NCBI GenBank assembly: GCA_963719515.1
Contig: CAVRCJ010000010.1
Location: 416,001 to 480,000, forward strand
Length of the DNA: 64,000 nucleotides
Source of the DNA: an uncultured cyanobacterium
GTDB taxonomy: Bacteria > Cyanobacteriota > Cyanobacteriia > CAKZMO01
Reading direction: 5' to 3'
A program made the translations under genes and the position numbers. Positions 39,277 to 49,470 of the stretch are shown piece after piece; position 1 is the first letter of the stretch, and every line of letters begins with the position of its first letter. Below the pieces are notes generated by a model that saw only the letters and a program-made list of their open reading frames with translations, did not search any database and had not been told where the DNA came from.

Positions 39277-39681
39277 ATGACTGGTGACAACTCATCGAAC
39301 CAAGCAGCGCTAAGCCCAGCATCCGTAGAGTTGGCTGCGGCGGCAGAACCTGCTGAGAGCACAGCTCGAGAGACGCTTCTAGCGGAGCCAGCAACGAGCG
39401 ATGTCGAGCTGCCTCAGGGTGGGGCAGGGCTAACCTTTGGCGTCATGATTGCGACGGCTCTAGCCGTCTTGTTGGGGCGATCGCTGCTGAGGCCAAAACG
39501 TCGGCCAGTGAAGGTGAGCCATCGCCGCCAGCGGCTGCCCTGCGAGACCTGCCGCTTCAAGGGAGACAATATCCATCTGCGCTGTGCGGTGCACCCCTAT
39601 AAAGCGATGACGGCAGAGGCAATGGACTGCCCGGACTATTGGGCCAAAGATAGCGATCGCTTTGAGCAGTCTCGGCGATAG
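39277..39681 (+). CDS. Small membrane protein with Cys-rich C-terminus
   Basis: One TM helix, PCETCRF...LRCAVHP...DCPDY. Confidence 0.75.
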   Translation: MTGDNSSNQAALSPASVELAAAAEPAESTARETLLAEPATSDVELPQGGAGLTFGVMIATALAVLLGRSLLRPKRRPVKVSHRRQRLPCETCRFKGDNIHLRCAVHPYKAMTAEAMDCPDYWAKDSDRFEQSRR

Positions 39682-39723
39682 GGGTTGAGGCAATGAATAT
39701 TATGCCGTTGGGAGCCATGAGCC

Positions 39724-41127
39724 TCAGGGGCTATACTGCACCCGGTAAATGCGCCCGTTCATCTCCTCGGTCACGAGCAAGCTGCCGTCGGGCATCACTA
39801 GGAGACCGACGGGGCGACCCCAAGTATCAGGGCCGGTGGGGTTGACCAAAAAGCCGGTCATAAAGTCTTCGTAATGGCCCACAGGACGGTTGTCTTGGCC
39901 AAAGGGAATATGGACGAGTTTGTAGCCCGTGCCTTGGCTGCGGTTCCAGGATCCGCGAAAGGCGGCAAACGCGCCGTTTCGGTAGGGTTCAGGAAAGGTG
40001 TCGCCGTCGTAAAACTGCAGACCTAGGGCGGCGGAGTGAGACTGAAACAACACGTCCGGCATCCGGGTCTGAGCGGCGAGCTCAGGATTGCTGCTGCGGT
40101 TGCCCTCGGTTTGGCGGGGGTCAAGGCGATCGGGGGTGAGGTAAGTGTAGGGCCAGCCATAGAACTCGCCCTGGCGGATGCGGGTGAAGTAGTCGGGGAC
40201 TAGATCATCTCCTAACCCATCGCGCTCATTGACGTTGGTATACAGCTCTCCGGTGACGGGGTGAAAATCGAGGCCAACGGGATTACGCAGGCCGTAGGCG
40301 AAGGTCTCCTGGTCGCTGCCGTCGAGGGCCAGGCGCTGTACTGAGGCGCGGGGCAAAGGCTCAGCGGTGACGTTAGAGCGCGAGCCAATGGAAACGTAGA
40401 GGGTCTTGCCGTCGGGGGCGACAACCACGTTACGGGTCCAGTGCTGGTTGTAGCCGCCGCCGGGCAGCTTGGCAATTTGATCGCCCCTTCCCTGGAGTGC
40501 CTGCCCGGTGTAACCATAGCGGCGCACCTCGTCGGTGTTTCCTAAAAAGAAGCTATCGCCGGTAAAAGCCATGCCAAAGGGAATGTTCAGCCCGTTTGTA
40601 GCGTTGGCGAATACGGTTTTTCCGTCGGCGACGCCGTCTCCGTCACTGTCCTGCAGCCGCTGGATGCGGTTTTCCCGCGTCTCGGTGACCAGCACGTCGC
40701 CTTCGGGGGTAAGCGCTAGCCAGCGGGGGCGATCGAGGTTCTCGGCAAAGACGTTGACGGTAAAGCCGTCCGGAACCTGAAGCACAGGGTTCTCTGGAAC
40801 GGGAATGACGTTGGGAGATCTAGAGGCGCTCTGGGTGGCGTAAGGTTCGGGAAGGTCTTCTAAGCCGACGCGAATGGGCTCAGGGGAGAGGGGCTGGGTG
40901 GCGATGAGGCTACTTTGGGGCGGCTTGGCGGGCTCATCGGCGGACGGGACGCTGCTGGGGTCGTCGGCTTGGTCAACGACGACCTGACTATCGTCTGCGC
41001 TGTCTGCAGACGATTGAGAGGTAGGCGATTTAGAGGTCTGGGCGCTGGGTGGCGCTGGGGACGAGCAGGCTGCTAGGAGTCCGAGCAAGCCGATAGCTAG
41101 GGAATGCTTAACGGAAAGATAGGCCAT
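39724..41127 (-). CDS. PQQ-dependent sugar/sorbosone dehydrogenase lipoprotein
   Basis: Lipobox LAAC, NQHWTRN, GLRNPVG, NERDGLGDDLVPDY, GRPVG. The start was taken at the ATG at 41127. Confidence 0.9.
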   Translation of the reverse strand: MAYLSVKHSLAIGLLGLLAACSSPAPPSAQTSKSPTSQSSADSADDSQVVVDQADDPSSVPSADEPAKPPQSSLIATQPLSPEPIRVGLEDLPEPYATQSASRSPNVIPVPENPVLQVPDGFTVNVFAENLDRPRWLALTPEGDVLVTETRENRIQRLQDSDGDGVADGKTVFANATNGLNIPFGMAFTGDSFFLGNTDEVRRYGYTGQALQGRGDQIAKLPGGGYNQHWTRNVVVAPDGKTLYVSIGSRSNVTAEPLPRASVQRLALDGSDQETFAYGLRNPVGLDFHPVTGELYTNVNERDGLGDDLVPDYFTRIRQGEFYGWPYTYLTPDRLDPRQTEGNRSSNPELAAQTRMPDVLFQSHSAALGLQFYDGDTFPEPYRNGAFAAFRGSWNRSQGTGYKLVHIPFGQDNRPVGHYEDFMTGFLVNPTGPDTWGRPVGLLVMPDGSLLVTEEMNGRIYRVQYSP

Positions 41128-42496
41128 GAGATCCGGTGAGCTACGTGAGTAACAGCTAACTCTATTGTGCCTAGCGGCTCGTGATGCTGGGTGGGTCAGT
41201 GGACAAAAGGTATTGCCAAAGAGCTTGCTATGAGTCAACGCTCACCGCCGTTTCTGCTGCGCTTTCTCAAGGCTTATTTCCTACAGAGGAAATATGACGG
41301 ACCGCCCTGGCTGCGGCTGTATCGGTTTACGCTGCTGCGGGAGTGGGTGGATGAGCTGACGGATCGCCATAGTGAGCGGAAGGCGGCGGCGGAGCAGGCG
41401 TTGCACCGCTGCAGGGTACGGAGCCAATGGCGAGCGATAGCCAATCGCTCATGCGCTTCGGTTCTATACAGGTGACACAGGAGCAGTCGATCGTAGTAGG
41501 GGGTACGCGCTGAGCCTCCATCACCTGCTGAGTTAGATTGGGATACAGCACCGAGTCAGTTCCTTTGTCCTCCCTCTTATCCTCAAAGTGGCTTAGCTCC
41601 TGCGCTGGCCTTGAGCTGTGCTGCCGGGGAATGGCTCGCCAGAGCATCCAGCCGCCAACGATTAAAATTGCACCATAGCTCACCAGCTTCACCACCCGAT
41701 AATTTTCTGGTGCGCTCTGGCGTAGCACTAGGTTGAGCAGTAGCGCCACGACAATGGCCGACAGGACGTGGAAAACTGCAATCCGAGTTCCCATAGTGAG
41801 CCCTCGCCGCAAGCTCCCGCCCTCACCAATAAAGTAGGCAATAATAATCGCTTTGCCATGCCCTGGCCCTAACGTATGGAGCACACCATAGCTAAAGGCA
41901 ATCAGCAGCCCCAATAGAAAGGCCTTGGGCGATCGCTGACGCTGAACATTTCCCACAGCCTCGGTAAGTAATGCTGACGCTCTCGCCTGTAAGCGCTGCC
42001 ACCAGGGCCCAGAGGGTAATGAGCGCTCAAGTGACGACGTCACGCCTGGGCCGCGGGGCGTTTCGGAAAAAGTCAGGTGATCGAGGGTGAGGGTATAGTT
42101 CACTTCAACCGGACGCGATCCATCCACCCGAAACAACTCGTAGGTTGCCGATTGAGATTGCAGTTCTCCTTCTACGATGACTTGGGTAAACAGGCCTGGT
42201 GCCGTCAGTGCCTGCTCTGGTTAAATATAAATGATTTGGTTGGGTGGCGGCGGAGGCACATGGATACAGGCTCCAACATAAGGAACGAGAAAAAAATCTG
42301 TTACCTGATTAGTTCGATTCAGGGTCAGCGGCAATACATAGCCTTCAAGCTGTATTGTTTGCCCTGTCCACTGTGGGTTGGTAGCGCGAGATTGCTGTTG
42401 CCAGTAAGTCCGCGCCTGGTCCACCTGGGACAACAGCGCCGCCACATCTAGGCCTTGAGCTCGAAGCTTTTTTTCGAGCTGTACTATCTCCTGTGC

Positions 42497-44053
42497 GTAC
42501 GTATTCAGGTCTAGAGGTTGACGGCACAGGGCTGTAGATGCTGGAGAGGGATGAGTGACACCTCCAAGTCGATGGCTCCTGCCGCTTTGGCCAATGCCTG
42601 CCCGACGAAGGCTATGGCAGAGCGTCCCTGAGCCCGACAGGTCTGAATCACCGATAATAGTCGTGCGGTGTGCTCAAAGCCTGACATCGAGCGAGAGCCG
42701 CCTGACACCTTGCGTTTGGTCACTCCGAGCCGCAGCGAGCGCTCAGCACAATTGTTGTCTGGCGGCACCTGAGGGTGGTCTAGGAAGTACCACCACTGGT
42801 GCGCCTTGCTCACCAATGAGGTGAGCAGAAGCCCAGCCGCATGGCCCGCTTTGGGCTTCCACTCGGCTATTGCCTCGGCTAATGTAACTTTGAATTGCTC
42901 AGCCCATAGGTTATAGGATGCCCTGTCGCCTGCGAGGCGGTAGTGGCGATGGCGGTCAAAGGCCTCTTTTATCAAGGCAATGAATGCTTCGGCCAATGCC
43001 TTCTGGTGCGGGGGCTTTAGCTTAGCTACTTGCTTGAAGTGCCGCAATAGGTGCGCTAGGCACTTCTGCTGAGCGGCTACCGGGTAGCCGTTGTATACGC
43101 TGTAGTCATCGGAGATGAGCACCCCTGCAAAGCTCTTTCCCAGCAGCATCTCCAGCTCACTGCGCGAGCGGGTATCCCCGGCATGGAGGAGCGCAAATCC
43201 TTCACCGCTGATGGTCCATAACCACTCTTTGACCCCCTTCACCAGCCAAGCTGTTTCATCCACATGCAGCTGTGGTTGCTGCTTTGCCCAAGCTTGCAAG
43301 TCATCCACCGCTGCCGCTACTGCTTGGCTAGCCCGCCGCGTCGTTGCCACAAGCGTCCCCACACCTACCTCGATATCACCTAGCTCTTTGAGCCATTCCT
43401 GCTGCTTGCCGTAGGATAAGTGGCCATAGTGACTCAGCCACACCAGCATCGCCTGCAAGCTCACGCCCAAATCCTCTCCTGCCACCACATCCTCGGGTAA
43501 GGGCGCAGCGACATGGCTACCACATCCCCCGCAATATCCCCGCCACTGCTGGTATTCCACCACTTCTATCGGCTTGGCCACCAGCTGCGCCACCTGGTAG
43601 CACCGATAGCTTTGTCCCACGCTTTCGATATGTCCACTTCCGCATCTCGGGCAATGCTCTAGATGCACCACCTCGTATCGATCTACTCGTCCAAATCCCT
43701 TGCGTGTTTTCCCCTGGTGCCCTGGCTGTCCCCCTGCTTTCCGCTTGCCGGCTTTGGGCAAATCCTCTTTCCCCTCTTCTGCTGGCTTTGGTTTCTCACT
43801 GCGTCGCACCAAGTCGCTTGACGGCGGTTTCGACGAACTCTGGCTATCGCTATCAATGATTCCTTTGAGCCGCTCTACCTCTCGAGCTAGCTGCTCTATC
43901 AGCTCTTGCTGCCGCACGATAATCCCTACCAGCACAGAGCGCGGTGCTTGCTCTAATTCGCTGAGGTCTGGAATATCCGAGGCAGGTGGTGGGCTCATCA
44001 ACTAACGCTACCGCAACGTCTCCCTTTGTCAATCCCTGCACCTGAATAGGTAC
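42497..44053 (-). mobile_element. IS66-family insertion sequence (single-ORF type)
   Basis: TIRs GTACCTATTCAGG / CCTGAATACGTAC; 8-bp TSD TCCTGTGC at 42489-42496 and 44054-44061. Confidence 0.95.
42511..43998 (-). CDS. IS66 transposase
   Basis: SSKPPSSD, GGQPGH, zinc-finger cysteines, HVDET, SDDYSVY, QKCLAH, DNNCAERSLR. Confidence 0.95.
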   Translation of the reverse strand: MSPPPASDIPDLSELEQAPRSVLVGIIVRQQELIEQLAREVERLKGIIDSDSQSSSKPPSSDLVRRSEKPKPAEEGKEDLPKAGKRKAGGQPGHQGKTRKGFGRVDRYEVVHLEHCPRCGSGHIESVGQSYRCYQVAQLVAKPIEVVEYQQWRGYCGGCGSHVAAPLPEDVVAGEDLGVSLQAMLVWLSHYGHLSYGKQQEWLKELGDIEVGVGTLVATTRRASQAVAAAVDDLQAWAKQQPQLHVDETAWLVKGVKEWLWTISGEGFALLHAGDTRSRSELEMLLGKSFAGVLISDDYSVYNGYPVAAQQKCLAHLLRHFKQVAKLKPPHQKALAEAFIALIKEAFDRHRHYRLAGDRASYNLWAEQFKVTLAEAIAEWKPKAGHAAGLLLTSLVSKAHQWWYFLDHPQVPPDNNCAERSLRLGVTKRKVSGGSRSMSGFEHTARLLSVIQTCRAQGRSAIAFVGQALAKAAGAIDLEVSLIPLQHLQPCAVNL

Positions 44054-44801
44054 TCCTGTGCTTCCAGACTGTCCGAGGGGGCCTGGTTTTCGTCTACCCA
44101 GGTCTGCAGCCGCGCCAGCGTTGCCAAGTCATAGGTTTGCTCAGTAGACAGATGGGCGTAGGGGTTCTCGGTTGTAGTCTCGGGAGGCTGCAGATCGTTC
44201 CAGGTGAGTCGTGACTGGGCTGAAACCGAAGCGCCCAAACCCCAGACTAGGCAAAAGCTGAGAATGAGCAAGCCGATATATCGGCTCCACCGTTTGATGA
44301 TAGCCATTACATGGAGAAAAGACTAGACATTTGCTGACCTCAGCCACGTTTTGCAGGCGCTCTTTGGCAAATACTCTTTGTGGGTCTCAGTGAAACTATC
44401 GCTTCGCAAGTGTTCTACAAGGCCTGCCTTGAAACATGGCACCAGTGTACACGGTTTGAGTGTAGGCGATTTGACAGTTATCATCAAATTTTGAGAGTCC
44501 AGTACTCGGCGGTACAAATAAGCCAAAGGGTCATGATATAAGTGGCATGCTCCCATCTCTATTTAGGCTAGCGAAACTTTTCGGATTTACCGAGAGCAAA
44601 AGCTAGCAAGCATTCTTTTGATATGGCTCAATAGTTGAGCAGAAGCCAGCGATTTCATAGTAGGGTATACGGCTCTTCAACAGGCAGATCAGCGCGCGAT
44701 CGCCGATCGCTAGACTATTCACAACTTGCCTATAGGCAGATTCACGTTGAATAAGTTCTCGGTACTGTGTTGTAGCTTATTCAACACAATTTGTTAACGC
44801 C

Positions 44802-45785
44802 GTGGACGACATTTCGCTTTCGATTGCTTGGGAAAAGATTGAGTCAATGGTGGAATACACCATCCGCCTAATTCCTAACCTCATTCTAGGAATTATCGTC
44901 TTCGTCATTTTCTGGATCATTGCCCGCTTCGTCCGCTCCACGGTGCGGAGAATCGCGCAAAATCGCAAGAACTCCCGCAACTTCGGCCTGGTGTTTGGTC
45001 GCTTGGCTCAGGGGGGTCTCATAATCCTAGGGTTGCTGGTGGCAATGACCATCGTCTTCCCCAATTTCAAGCCAGCCGATTTGATCGCCACCTTAGGCAT
45101 CGGTGGTGTCGCTATCGGCTTTGCCTTCCGCGACGTGCTGCAGAACTTTTTGGCAGGCATCTTGATTTTGCTCACCGAACCCTTTGAGCTTGACGACCAA
45201 ATCGTATTCAAAGACTACGAGGGGACGGTGGAGCGGATTCAGACCCGAGCGACGACCATTCGCACCTACGACGGTCGCCGGGTGGTGATTCCCAACGGGG
45301 AGCTGTTCACCAACTCGGTCACCGTTAACACCGCCTACGAAAAGCGGCGGCTGCAGTACGACATCGGCATTGGCTACGGCGACGACATTGCAGCGGCCAA
45401 GAAGATTATTCTGGAGGTGCTGCAGCAGGGGGAGAACATTCTGAACGACCCGGCTCCCGAGGCGCTGGTGGTGGATCTAGCAGATTTCACCATCAACATT
45501 CGCGCCCGCTGGTGGATCAATTCGCCGCTGCGGGCTGACGTGGTCTCCTCCTACGACGACGTGCTGGAAGAAGTGTGCAACCGCCTAGTCGATGCGGGCA
45601 TCGATCTGCCGTTCCCGACGCAGCAAATCCTGTTCCACGACCAGACGGAAGAAACCGACGGCGATCGCACTCAGCAGAGAGAGGGGTGGCCTGTGCAGAA
45701 GGGAGAGACCCCGAAGTCGATGAGCCTGGCGCGATCGGTAAGCAAGCTAGCGGGCTCTAGGACAAAGCAGTCCGAGAGGCAGTAG
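44802..45785 (+). CDS. mscS: Small-conductance mechanosensitive channel
   Basis: LGIGGVAIGFAFRDVLQNF, GTVERI, IPNGELF, GIDLPFP. Confidence 0.92.
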   Translation: MDDISLSIAWEKIESMVEYTIRLIPNLILGIIVFVIFWIIARFVRSTVRRIAQNRKNSRNFGLVFGRLAQGGLIILGLLVAMTIVFPNFKPADLIATLGIGGVAIGFAFRDVLQNFLAGILILLTEPFELDDQIVFKDYEGTVERIQTRATTIRTYDGRRVVIPNGELFTNSVTVNTAYEKRRLQYDIGIGYGDDIAAAKKIILEVLQQGENILNDPAPEALVVDLADFTINIRARWWINSPLRADVVSSYDDVLEEVCNRLVDAGIDLPFPTQQILFHDQTEETDGDRTQQREGWPVQKGETPKSMSLARSVSKLAGSRTKQSERQ

Positions 45786-45804
45786 GCGAGCAAAGCGGTC
45801 CTGC

Positions 45805-46704
45805 CTAAACCTGCTCAACGCTGTAGGTGGCCGTCAGGCGAAACTCGCTTCCGGGCTGCACCTCTATGACGTCCGTAGCCGCGTTCGTCGTCTCCACGCA
45901 GATCATGCCTTGGTAGGCGTTATCTTCCAGGTCGCCCGACTGGGCCGAAATATCGGCCCAGGGGTTCCAAACCACAGCCGTCTTGCTGCCGCTGGAGGTG
46001 ACGTGAATTTTGCGTCCTAGGGAGCCATCGTCGATGACGAGCTTTGGCGGCACGTCCAAATAGATGCGGTCTACTTCCTGAGCGACGGTGACCGCTCCCG
46101 ACTGGGTCTTTTGCGCGCCGCCGTCCACCTTATCCAAGTACTCGGTGCCCTCCAGCCCCAGCACAGTGACTTGAGCGATGTCGCCCACCGTAAAATAGGT
46201 GTGCAGCGCCTGGGTAATCGAGAAAGGGGCGTCGCCCGTATTTCGGGTCATTAGGGCAACAGAAAGAGCCGTCCCTACCGAAATCTCAATAGCCAAATCA
46301 AAGGACTGCGGCCAAATGGCGCGAGTGTCGTCGCTGGCGGACACCCCGAGGGTAATTGTCGTGGTGTCGCCGCTCCCTTCAATCTTCACCACGGTCCACA
46401 GGCGGTTGCGTACAAACCCGTGGTTGGGACGACCTTGTCCCTCGGGGTCAGGGCCAAACCAGGGCCAGCAGACGGGCATCCCCCCTTTGATTGCCTTGCC
46501 CTCGCTGTAGTAGGCATTCTCACTCAAGAACAAAACGGGGTTGGGATCTCCCTTGGGCTGGAAGGACAGCACCTGCCCCCCGTAGAGCGAGATCGTGGCG
46601 GTGGCGCTGCCATTGTCAACTTCGATGAGAGGAAAGTCCCCTTTACCAGTCGTAAACTGAACCTCCTCGGTTCCATGGTTGGCGTTAAGCTGCTCTATCG
46701 TCAT
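45805..46704 (-). CDS. D-hexose-6-phosphate mutarotase (YeaD family)
   Basis: AIKGGMPVCWPWFG, HGFVRN, ALHTYF, VVWNPW, CVE. Confidence 0.92.
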   Translation of the reverse strand: MTIEQLNANHGTEEVQFTTGKGDFPLIEVDNGSATATISLYGGQVLSFQPKGDPNPVLFLSENAYYSEGKAIKGGMPVCWPWFGPDPEGQGRPNHGFVRNRLWTVVKIEGSGDTTTITLGVSASDDTRAIWPQSFDLAIEISVGTALSVALMTRNTGDAPFSITQALHTYFTVGDIAQVTVLGLEGTEYLDKVDGGAQKTQSGAVTVAQEVDRIYLDVPPKLVIDDGSLGRKIHVTSSGSKTAVVWNPWADISAQSGDLEDNAYQGMICVETTNAATDVIEVQPGSEFRLTATYSVEQV

Positions 46705-46990
46705 GTCTAAATAAACCTCTTCTGTGACGGACTATCGCTCTCTTCGTAGTTTAGGTTTGGCGTGAGCCCATTCAATTTTTAAGCTGTAATATTGGTTCAG
46801 GCTTAGCCCCTAAGACCGGCTCAGTCACTGAGCTTGAGCCCATATCTCAACTAGGGCCAAGCATGGCTACAACCTACCACAATTTAGGGACTAGACCTGA
46901 AACCCAAATCGAAGACAATTTGCAGAGGTCGATGGGGCGAGCGGACCCTTTCACGGTAAAATCGGCAAGGCGTAAGCAAGGGCTGGGCGA

Positions 46991-47491
46991 ATGGTTGAGA
47001 AACCCATTAAGAAATCAGAGCGCGAGAAGCGCAACAGTGACGGAGCGGCAGAGGTGCCCGATAGCGAGCGTAGTGCAGCTGTCAGTAAGCCCATCAAGCG
47101 CAGTGAACGCAGCGACGACGGGGAGAGTAAGACTGAGCGCCGAGCCGATAGCCGAGGCGATCGCGATGATCGGCGAGGCAAAGGGGGCCGTAAGGGCGGA
47201 CGCGATCGCGACGAGCGGCGTCCACCTATGAACTTGGCCCTCGTCCGCGGTCCCAAGCCGCAGCCCGCCAAGCCTGAGCCTGAGCCCGAGCCCGAGCCTG
47301 AGGTAGAAGCAGCCGAGACGGCGGGCGATGACGCCGTTGAGAGCGCGGCAGACAGTTCGGTAGCAGACAGTTCGGTGGCAGACAGCTCGGTGGCAGACAG
47401 CTCGGTGGCAGACAGTCCGGTGGCAGACAGTCCGGTAGTCGCCGCGAGCGATGACGCGGCACCTGCGGTAGAGTCCTCTGAAGAGCCATAG
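46991..47491 (+). CDS. Low-complexity hypothetical protein
   Basis: MVEKPIKKSER...LALVRGPKP, acidic tail. Confidence 0.75.
   Translation: MVEKPIKKSEREKRNSDGAAEVPDSERSAAVSKPIKRSERSDDGESKTERRADSRGDRDDRRGKGGRKGGRDRDERRPPMNLALVRGPKPQPAKPEPEPEPEPEVEAAETAGDDAVESAADSSVADSSVADSSVADSSVADSPVADSPVVAASDDAAPAVESSEEP
47348..47437 (+). repeat. 15-nt tandem repeat x6 (ADSSV/ADSPV)
   Basis: Units of GCAGACAGYYCGGTR. Confidence 0.92.
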
Positions 47492-47499
47492 GTACTCAG

Positions 47500-48168
47500 C
47501 TACTTTACGCCTGGCGATAGCTGCCGGTAAAGCACAACGATGTAAATAACTCCAACAGCCCCCCCCAGCAGCGACCCAGCGGCGTTGATGAGGGGGGCTA
47601 AGCTTTCGGCGTCGCCGGGCGTCAAAGCGAGGAAGAGGCTGCCCAATAGGCCCAAAATCAGGCCAAGCGCTAACCCCATCAGCGCGACTGCCACCATCAA
47701 TACTAGAGCCGCGCAGAACAGCTTCCAGACCCGCCCACTGGTAAGGGTCCAGCTGCGGGATAGGGCCTCAATCGGAGAGTCGTCCTCTACAGCAGCAGCG
47801 CAAGCGGCAAAGGCTAGCCGGACGCCCAAGTAGATGCCGGGAAGCACAAACAGTAGCAGCCCCGATGCGACGACAAGAAAGACCATCAGGCTAGTCGCGA
47901 GCAGCGGCAGAAACCGGCCTGCCGCCTGCTTGAACGCGCTGCCAAGGCTCAGAGTCCGACCTTGAGAGGCGTAGTAGGCGTACACCAGCGCTGCGCCGTT
48001 GAAGAAAACCGACAGTACTGCCGCTATCGGATAGATTAAGATGGTGCCTGCCGACGCGCTAGCGCTTGGAATGGCGTAAAGCAAGGTTGTGGGCAGCAGG
48101 ATTAACGCCAGTTTGCCAATCAAGTTACCCTGATTGACTGTCTCTTGAATCGCGCGCTGAATGTTCAT
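47500..48168 (-). CDS. Integral membrane protein (YciC/GDPD membrane-domain-like)
   Basis: LLFVLPGIYLGVRL, IEALSRSWTLTSG; several TM segments. Confidence 0.75.
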   Translation of the reverse strand: MNIQRAIQETVNQGNLIGKLALILLPTTLLYAIPSASASAGTILIYPIAAVLSVFFNGAALVYAYYASQGRTLSLGSAFKQAAGRFLPLLATSLMVFLVVASGLLLFVLPGIYLGVRLAFAACAAAVEDDSPIEALSRSWTLTSGRVWKLFCAALVLMVAVALMGLALGLILGLLGSLFLALTPGDAESLAPLINAAGSLLGGAVGVIYIVVLYRQLSPGVK

Positions 48169-48236
48169 GAGAAGTCAGTAACTTGGCGGTTTCAATGCCA
48201 TAAGCCTACACCCCCGGTCTCACGCCTGTCTATTCA

Positions 48237-49409
48237 CTATGCCGGTGTTTCGTTGCCCGCTTGAAGAGGCCGCAGCACCCTCACCGTTTCCACCACCTGC
48301 GCCGCTGCCCGCTCGATCTCTTCCTCGGTGGTAAATCGTCCCAAGCCAAAGCGAATCGAAGCGTAGGCCAAGGCATCCGATCGCCCCAAAGCCTTGAGCA
48401 CGTGGGAGGGGGCCATCGATGCCGTAGAGCAGGCCGCTCCTGACGACACCGCCACGACCGGCTGCAGGCCCAGCAGCAGCGCCTGACCTTCTACCCCCTC
48501 CACGCTAATGTTGAGATTGCCGGGGAGGCGCTGACTTGGGTGGCCGTTGAGGTGTATACCGGGTGTCGCCTCAAGGGGTTTCCAGAGCCGATCCCGCAGC
48601 TGTTGCAGCCGCAGCGACTCTGCAGGCATCTCCTCCAGGGCCAGCGTCACCGCCTTCGCAAACCCCACAATTTGCGGCGGATACAGCGTCCCCGATCGCC
48701 GTCCCCCCTCTTGGCCACCGCCGTGGAGCTGGGGGGCGACCTGGACGCGAGGATCGCGGCGGCGGACGTACAGAGCTCCAATACCTTTGGGGCCGTAGAG
48801 CTTGTGGGCGGTGAAGGACATAAGGTCCACAGTTATTGCCTCCACATCCAGGGGGATTTTTCCCACCGCCTGAGCCGCGTCGGTGTGGAACAGGACTTGG
48901 CGATCGCGGCAGCGGGCACCGATTTCGGCTAGGGGCTGCAGCACACCGATTTCGTTGTTAGCGGCCATCACTGAAACGAGGATAGTGTCGGGGCGAAAAG
49001 CCTGCTCTAGCGCTTTTAGAGACACTAGCCCGTTAGGCTGCACAGGTAGTGTGGTGATCTCGAAGCCTAGGGACTCCAAATATCGACAGGGATCGAGCAC
49101 GGCGCTATGCTCTGTCTGCACAGTGATGATGTGACGACCCCGCGACAGATAGGCTTCAGCCACCCCTTTAATCGCCAGATTGTTGGCCTCGGTGGCCCCG
49201 CTGGTGAATACAATCTCGCTGGGTTCGGCGTTGATGGCCGCTGCAATTTGTTCACGGGCCTGCTTCACGGCGGCTTCTGCCTCCCAGCCGTAGGCGTGGA
49301 GAGTGCTAGAAGGGTTGCCAAACTGCTGAGTGAAGTAGGGCAGCATGGCGGTGAGGACACGCTCGTCAACGGGGGTGGTGGCGTTGGCGTCGAGGTAGAT
49401 GGGGCGCAT
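48237..49409 (-). CDS. iscS: Cysteine desulfurase
   Basis: YLDANATT, FTSGATE, HKLYGPKG, SSGAAC. Confidence 0.93.
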   Translation of the reverse strand: MRPIYLDANATTPVDERVLTAMLPYFTQQFGNPSSTLHAYGWEAEAAVKQAREQIAAAINAEPSEIVFTSGATEANNLAIKGVAEAYLSRGRHIITVQTEHSAVLDPCRYLESLGFEITTLPVQPNGLVSLKALEQAFRPDTILVSVMAANNEIGVLQPLAEIGARCRDRQVLFHTDAAQAVGKIPLDVEAITVDLMSFTAHKLYGPKGIGALYVRRRDPRVQVAPQLHGGGQEGGRRSGTLYPPQIVGFAKAVTLALEEMPAESLRLQQLRDRLWKPLEATPGIHLNGHPSQRLPGNLNISVEGVEGQALLLGLQPVVAVSSGAACSTASMAPSHVLKALGRSDALAYASIRFGLGRFTTEEEIERAAAQVVETVRVLRPLQAGNETPA

Positions 49410-49437
49410 GGGTTGGAGCCGGTATGATCAATGTGCC

Positions 49438-49465
49438 GTAGGGACAAGGCGTGCTCTGTCCCTAC
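49438..49465. repeat. GTAG-type REP hairpin
   Basis: GTAGGGACAAGGCGTGCTCTGTCCCTAC, with the same ends as the REP at 31836. Confidence 0.75.
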
Positions 49466-49470
49466 GGCGG

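Larger units (their letters stand above)
41402..44307 (-). pseudogene. DUF3299-like plus RcnA/NicO-type Ni/Co transporter fusion, multiply inactivated
   Basis: Signal peptide, LTWNDL, GYVLPL, LVPYVGACIHVPPPPPNQ, then HTLGPGHGK and PCSGA. Lesions: IS66 insertion, in-frame TAA at 42221-42223, and 3' truncation. Confidence 0.85.

Noticed and set aside
47348..47437. Mini-CRISPR interpretation of tandem repeats (also 2791 and 54459)
   Set aside because: The units are head-to-tail without unique spacers, and two of the arrays are in-frame coding repeats.
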